IMG/VR virus record: IMGVR_UViG_2531839193_000009
Direction: 5' to 3' (one strand)
DNA length: 10,946 bases
Source of the DNA: a virus
Taxonomy: Duplodnaviria; Heunggongvirae; Uroviricota; Caudoviricetes
The notes under the pieces are model-generated. The model did not search any database, was not told the origin of the DNA, and saw nothing but the letters and a program-made list of their open reading frames with translations. Positions 7,189 through 10,946 of this stretch are shown here, in pieces (positions within the stretch are counted from its first letter, which is position 1; each line of letters opens with the position of its first letter). Position numbers and translations under genes: made by a program.

Positions 7189-7233
7189 ATTTAACTGATA
7201 CCGAACAAAACAATCCGGCACGATTAATTTCAA

Positions 7234-7539
7234 TCAATGCACTACGACAGAATCGCCGGGCGACCCACCACCGCTGAAATGTGCTTTCCGGTAAACGGCC
7301 TGGACAGCATCATCATGCGCATCAATTGCCGTACTCAACGCTTCCTGCGCCGCCAGTAATGCACGGCGTTCCAGGGTATCGAAGATACAGAGTCGGTGAC
7401 GCAGCTCACGCGGAAGAATTGCCAGAACCGCAGGGATCAGTTTCTGAATTTTTTCCCTTTGCGCTTTCGTTTCACCTTTCAACCAACGGTGATAGATATT
7501 CTGCTGATTGTTCCAGTCCTTGCCTGGTACCAGAGACAA
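7234..7539 (-). CDS. Hypothetical protein (at least 101 aa) downstream of dicC; N-terminus unresolved
   Basis: Frame is open back to the dicC TGA and has no canonical start (track start is TTG); the ATG at 7642-7640 that overlaps the dicC stop is 1 nt out of frame. Confidence 0.45.
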   Translation of the reverse strand: MSLVPGKDWNNQQNIYHRWLKGETKAQREKIQKLIPAVLAILPRELRHRLCIFDTLERRALLAAQEALSTAIDAHDDAVQAVYRKAHFSGGGSPGDSVVVH

Positions 7540-7638
7540 TTCGCCGCCCCCCTGCCGCAGATATTCTTCAGTAATTGCGTTAGCGACCCACGCCTGCCCT
7601 TTTTCGGCTGCCAGGGCAACAGCACTGATTCGATGTGC

Positions 7639-7866
7639 TCATGCCTGATTTTCATGAATCACCTTCCAAGGTCGTTTTGCCTTACGATATTCGTCATAAA
7701 CTTTGGGGTCGTACTGAAGTTCCCCGCCAGATGCCTCTTGCAGGCGCATCGCGCGACCTTCAGGAACCAGTTCCCCCCATGCAGCAATGCTTGCCAGCCT
7801 AACTCCTGCGGCATTGGCAAGCTTTGTTTTGCTGCCAAAAAACGCTATAGCATCAATTTTCAACAT
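7639..7866 (-). CDS. dicC: DicC-like Cro-type regulator, 75 aa
   Basis: Divergent from the DicA-like gene; AAGGAG SD; sequence and length resemble DicC as I recall it. Confidence 0.75.
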   Translation of the reverse strand: MLKIDAIAFFGSKTKLANAAGVRLASIAAWGELVPEGRAMRLQEASGGELQYDPKVYDEYRKAKRPWKVIHENQA

Positions 7867-7942
7867 ATCGAGCTCCTTAGATTTTCCTAAGGAAACTAGA
7901 TCGTAGAGAAACCTAAGTCAAGAAAAATTAGAATTCCCTAAT
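7867..7942. promoter_or_regulatory. Divergent promoter/operator region with two TTAG-N6-CTAA operators
   Basis: TTAGATTTTCCTAA (7877-7890) and TTAGAATTCCCTAA (7928-7941), between the two divergent regulator starts. Confidence 0.55.
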
Positions 7943-8350
7943 ATGAAAAACGAAACCTTCGGTGCTCGCCTCTTACATAGGCGTAAAAAATTAAAACTGT
8001 CTCAGGCCGCATTAGGTAAGCTGGTCAAAGTGGCTCACGTAACAATTTCTCAATGGGAAAGAGATGAAACACAGCCGGCGGGGAAAAGATTATTCGCACT
8101 GAGCCAAGCGCTTCAGTGCTCACCGACTTGGCTTCTTTTTGGGGATGAAGATAAACAACCAGGCGAACCGATCCCGGATAATCAGCCAGCCATTCTGACA
8201 GAAGATCAAAAAGAGTTACTTCAACTGTTCGACGCACTGCCTGAGTCAGAGCAAAAGGCCCTGTTGTCAGAGATGCGTGCTCGAGTTGAAAATTTCAACA
8301 AACTTTTTGAAGAACTACTCAAAGCTCGCAAAAGAAGCGCAAACAAATAA
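7943..8350 (+). CDS. dicA: DicA-like XRE-family repressor, 135 aa
   Basis: N-terminal HTH (LSQAALGKLVKVAHVTISQWER) and C-terminal PESEQ...EMRARVENFNKLFEELLKA, matching DicA from memory. Confidence 0.8.
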   Translation: MKNETFGARLLHRRKKLKLSQAALGKLVKVAHVTISQWERDETQPAGKRLFALSQALQCSPTWLLFGDEDKQPGEPIPDNQPAILTEDQKELLQLFDALPESEQKALLSEMRARVENFNKLFEELLKARKRSANK

Positions 8351-8382
8351 TCCCCTTTTTTCTCCACACCCTGTAATAAAAA

Positions 8383-8410
8383 GCACAAACTTTCAAACAC
8401 TTGTGTTTTT
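8383..8410 (+). terminator. Weak intrinsic terminator after the dicA-like gene
   Basis: GCACAA/TTGTGT stem with a 12-nt loop, followed by T6. Confidence 0.35.
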
Positions 8411-8424
8411 TACATCAAAAAACT

Positions 8425-8476
8425 TAGGTTTTTCTACACAAAAATCTTGACCGCCCACCTTAGGTTATTCTAAATT
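8425..8476 (+). promoter_or_regulatory. Repressor-controlled promoter for the ydfA-like operon (P-dicB analogue)
   Basis: TTGACC (8447-8452), 18 bp, TAAATT (8471-8476); operator TTAGGTTATTCTAA (8460-8473) between -35 and -10, plus imperfect TTAGGTTTTTCTAC (8425-8438). Confidence 0.5.
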
Positions 8477-8552
8477 TCATTCATCAAGACACCGCACGGT
8501 GTTCTCAGCAAACAGTTCCGCTACCCCGGCGTTAAGGGGAAATGGGGTCAAC

Positions 8553-8708
8553 ATGAATACTATCGATCTTGGCAACAACGAATCTCTGGTGTACGGCGTG
8601 TTCCCCAACCAGGACGGCACATTCACCGCCATGACGTATACCAAAAGCAAAACGTTTAAAACCGAAGCTGGCGCACGTCGTTGGTTGGGAAGACATTCAG
8701 GTGAGTAA
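8553..8708 (+). CDS. ydfA: YdfA-like small protein, 51 aa
   Basis: MNTIDLGNNESLVYGVFPNQDGTFTAMTYTKSKTFKTEAGARRWLGRHSGE; first gene after the dicA-like gene as in Qin; track ORF starts at an upstream GTG. Confidence 0.65.
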   Translation: MNTIDLGNNESLVYGVFPNQDGTFTAMTYTKSKTFKTEAGARRWLGRHSGE

Positions 8709-8720
8709 AATGAACGAGAC

Positions 8721-9010
8721 TGAGGTAGCCTGAGTTTAACGGACACTCCTTCCTGAAATAGAATGGCATCAGAAGGAGCTAATAATGAGCAGAAAAACCC
8801 AACGTTACTCTAAAGAGTTCAAAGCCGAAGCTGTCAGAACGGTTCTTGAAAATCAACTTTCGATCAGTGAAGGCGCTTCCCGATTATCTCTTCCTGAAGG
8901 CACTTTAGGACAATGGGTTACCGCCGCCAGAAAAGGGCTCGGTACTCCTGGTTCCCGCACGGTGGCTGAACTGGAATCTGAAATTCTGCAACTGCGTAAG
9001 GCGTTAAATG
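8721..9010 (+). mobile_element. IS600-like left-end fragment (290 bp), truncated inside orfA
   Basis: Matches 3721-4009 of the full copy (with A5 rather than A4); identity stops at 9010/9011. Confidence 0.85.
8785..9010 (+). pseudogene. IS600 orfA, 3'-truncated
   Basis: Canonical MSRKTQRYSKEF... start; frame runs into unrelated sequence after 9010. Confidence 0.75.
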
Positions 9011-9443
9011 TTGGATAAAATTCGCAATCTGGACTGTTCAGCAAAATTCACTGAGCACAATTTTGTGTCGAGCGAATACACCGACTCAACCGGGCGCAAA
9101 CTCCCAATGTACCAAATCACCAAAAACGGCTTCGTTTTCCTGGTGATGGGCTTCACGGGCAAAAAAGCCGCCGCATTCAAAGAGGCATACATTGCTGAGT
9201 TCGACCGCATGGAGGCCGAACTGCGCCAGAATAACACCCCACCTGCTGACAAGATGATTCCGGGTGATGGTCGCACTCTGGTTGTTCACTTCGACAAATT
9301 CGGCAATGTCGAATTCACCGAAACCGTTCCTGATGGCGCACTGGTCTGTCCCCTGGAGACTTTCCGGTTTTATCTGGAAAAACAGGGATGGACTCTTGTT
9401 AACCGGGGCGCAATTAAAAATATGACTGTGGAACAATTACTTT
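9011..9443 (+). pseudogene. Rha-family phage regulatory protein fragment, truncated at both ends by IS600
   Basis: Motif YQITKNGFVFLVMGFTGKKAAAFKEAYIAEFDRME typical of the Rha domain as I recall it; no native start, 3' end cut at 9443/9444. Confidence 0.55.
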
Positions 9444-10304
9444 TGAGGTGTACTGGCAATAGCGGACACTACCATTTGTTCTTTTTTTAAGTCAGCCATC
9501 TGATGATATTTTTCCCTGAAGGCTGCCGGGGAGATATTCCCCAGACGAGAGTGACAACGCTGACGATTGTAGAAAATCTCAATGTATTCCCGTATTACTG
9601 AGATGGCTTCATCCCGGTTATTAAAACGATAGTGGCTCAGGCTCTCATTTTTCAGCGTTCCCCAGAAGCTTTCCATCGGAGCGTTGTCGTAACAGTTACC
9701 TTTACGCGACATTGATGTTTTCAGACCAAACTGCTCCTGTATGACCCGGTAATCGTATGCGCAGTACTGTGAACCTCGATCAGAGTGGTGGATTAGCCCG
9801 GCAGGTGGGCGCTGGCTCCTGAGCGCCATAAACAGGGCTTTACCTGTCAGCTCTTTGTCATGCGCTCTCCCATGGCGTAGCCGACAATTTCGCACGTATA
9901 AACATCTTTGATGCCAGCGAGGTACAACCATCCCTCTGTGTGGCAACATACGTCAGGTCCGCCACCAGGCCTGATTTGGTGCTGTAGGAGCGAACGTCTG
10001 GTTCAGTCAGATTTGGCGCAACTGGCAGATTGTGGTTCGAGTTCGTAGTCGCTCTGAACTTGCGTTTCTGCTTACAGCGTAGCCTTAGCTCCTTACGAAG
10101 ACGTGCCAGTCGGTCACGACCAACGATGATGCCATTCTCTGCCAGCTCCGTCTGGAGCCGCCGGGTTCCATATGTTTCGCGAGTGCGGATATGTGCCACC
10201 TTAATCTCCAGTTTTAGCCGCTCATCACTTTGTTTTCTGTCTGAGGGTTCATGCTGTACCCAGTTGTAATAACCGCTCCTGGATACACCAAATACCTGAC
10301 ACAT
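9437..10304 (-). pseudogene. IS600 orfB with several frameshifts
   Basis: Split into two track ORFs (9437..9949, 9858..10304); single-base indels relative to the intact orfB at 4121-4939. Confidence 0.8.
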
Positions 10305-10706
10305 CGCTTCAATGGGAAATTGTTGTCGCCATTGTTCGATTAACGCGTATTTTTCAGCGACTCCTGTGCAAAATACGCTGTTGCTTTTTTTAATGTATCT
10401 CGCTCAAGGCGAGCTTCATTTAACGCCTTACGCAGTTGCAGAATTTCAGATTCCAGTTCAGCCACCGTGCGGGAACCAGGAGTACCGAGCCCTTTTCTGG
10501 CGGCGGTAACCCATTGTCCTAAAGTGCCTTCAGGAAGAGATAATCGGGAAGCGCCTTCACTGATCGAAAGTTGATTTTCAAGAACCGTTCTGACAGCTTC
10601 GGCTTTGAACTCTTTAGAGTAACGTTGGGTTTTTCTGCTCATTATTAGCTCCTTCTGATGCCATTCTATTTCAGGAAGGAGTGTCCGTTAAACTCAGGCT
10701 ACCTCA
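9444..10706 (-). mobile_element. IS600-like element, full length, inverted; orfA intact, orfB frameshifted
   Basis: Ends TGAGGTGTACTGG... (9444) and ...GGCTACCTCA (10706), reverse complements of the IS600 termini. Confidence 0.9.
10340..10642 (-). CDS. IS600 orfA, intact, 100 aa
   Basis: MSRKTQRYSKEF...ILKKATAYFAQESLKNTR with the A7G slippery heptamer (10384-10391 on +). Confidence 0.85.
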   Translation of the reverse strand: MSRKTQRYSKEFKAEAVRTVLENQLSISEGASRLSLPEGTLGQWVTAARKGLGTPGSRTVAELESEILQLRKALNEARLERDTLKKATAYFAQESLKNTR

Positions 10707-10946
10707 ATGGCTTCATCCCGGTTATTAAAACGATAGTGGCTCAGGCTCTCATTTTTCAGCGTTCCCCAGAAGCTTTCCATCGGAGCGTTGTCGTAACAGG
10801 TTACCTTTACGCGTACATTGATGTTTTCAGACCAGACTGCTCCTGTATGACCCGGTAATCGTATGCGCAGTACTGTGAACCTCGATCAGAGTAGGTGGAT
10901 TAGCCCGGCAGGTGGGCGCTGGCTCCTGAGCGCCATAAACAGGGCT
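10707..10946 (-). mobile_element. Diverged IS600-like orfB internal fragment running off the window
   Basis: About 98% identical to 9603-9840 of the adjacent copy, with small substitutions and indels. Confidence 0.7.

Noticed and set aside
7281-7890. Plus-strand ORFs 7281..7574 and 7396..7890 (164 aa)
   Set aside because: Antisense to dicC and its downstream gene; conflicts with the well-supported divergent dicA/dicC layout.
8025-8746. Minus-strand ORFs 8025..8237 and 8477..8746
   Set aside because: Antisense to the dicA-like and ydfA-like genes; no start context.

Overview
This window looks like a decayed lambdoid (Qin/Rac-like) prophage early region from an Escherichia/Shigella-type genome, heavily invaded by insertion sequences (two IS1 copies, four IS600-family copies or fragments). 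All calls are from reading the sequence and ORF track, with family names from memory; no searches were run. Left to right: a partial IS1; a hok/mok type I toxin locus; a five-gene minus-strand operon closed by a strong terminator (small membrane protein, HNH endonuclease, acidic 221-aa protein, Cys-containing 121-aa protein, 27-aa hydrophobic peptide); a Zn-ribbon-like gene split by an IS1-IS600 block; an HTH protein; a DnaC-like helicase loader; a frameshifted replication-initiator-like gene carrying a poly-Glu microsatellite and GTAACGC/GCGTTAC palindromes; a DicC-like/DicA-like immunity switch with TTAG-N6-CTAA operators; a YdfA-like gene; then an IS600 cluster enclosing a Rha-family gene fragment. 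The best candidate for an undescribed system is the tightly coupled HNH operon beside hok, but its function is unassigned. The most unusual non-coding signal is the palindrome/iteron-like array in the replication gene. Many reading frames are broken at homopolymer runs, which could be real decay or sequencing error.
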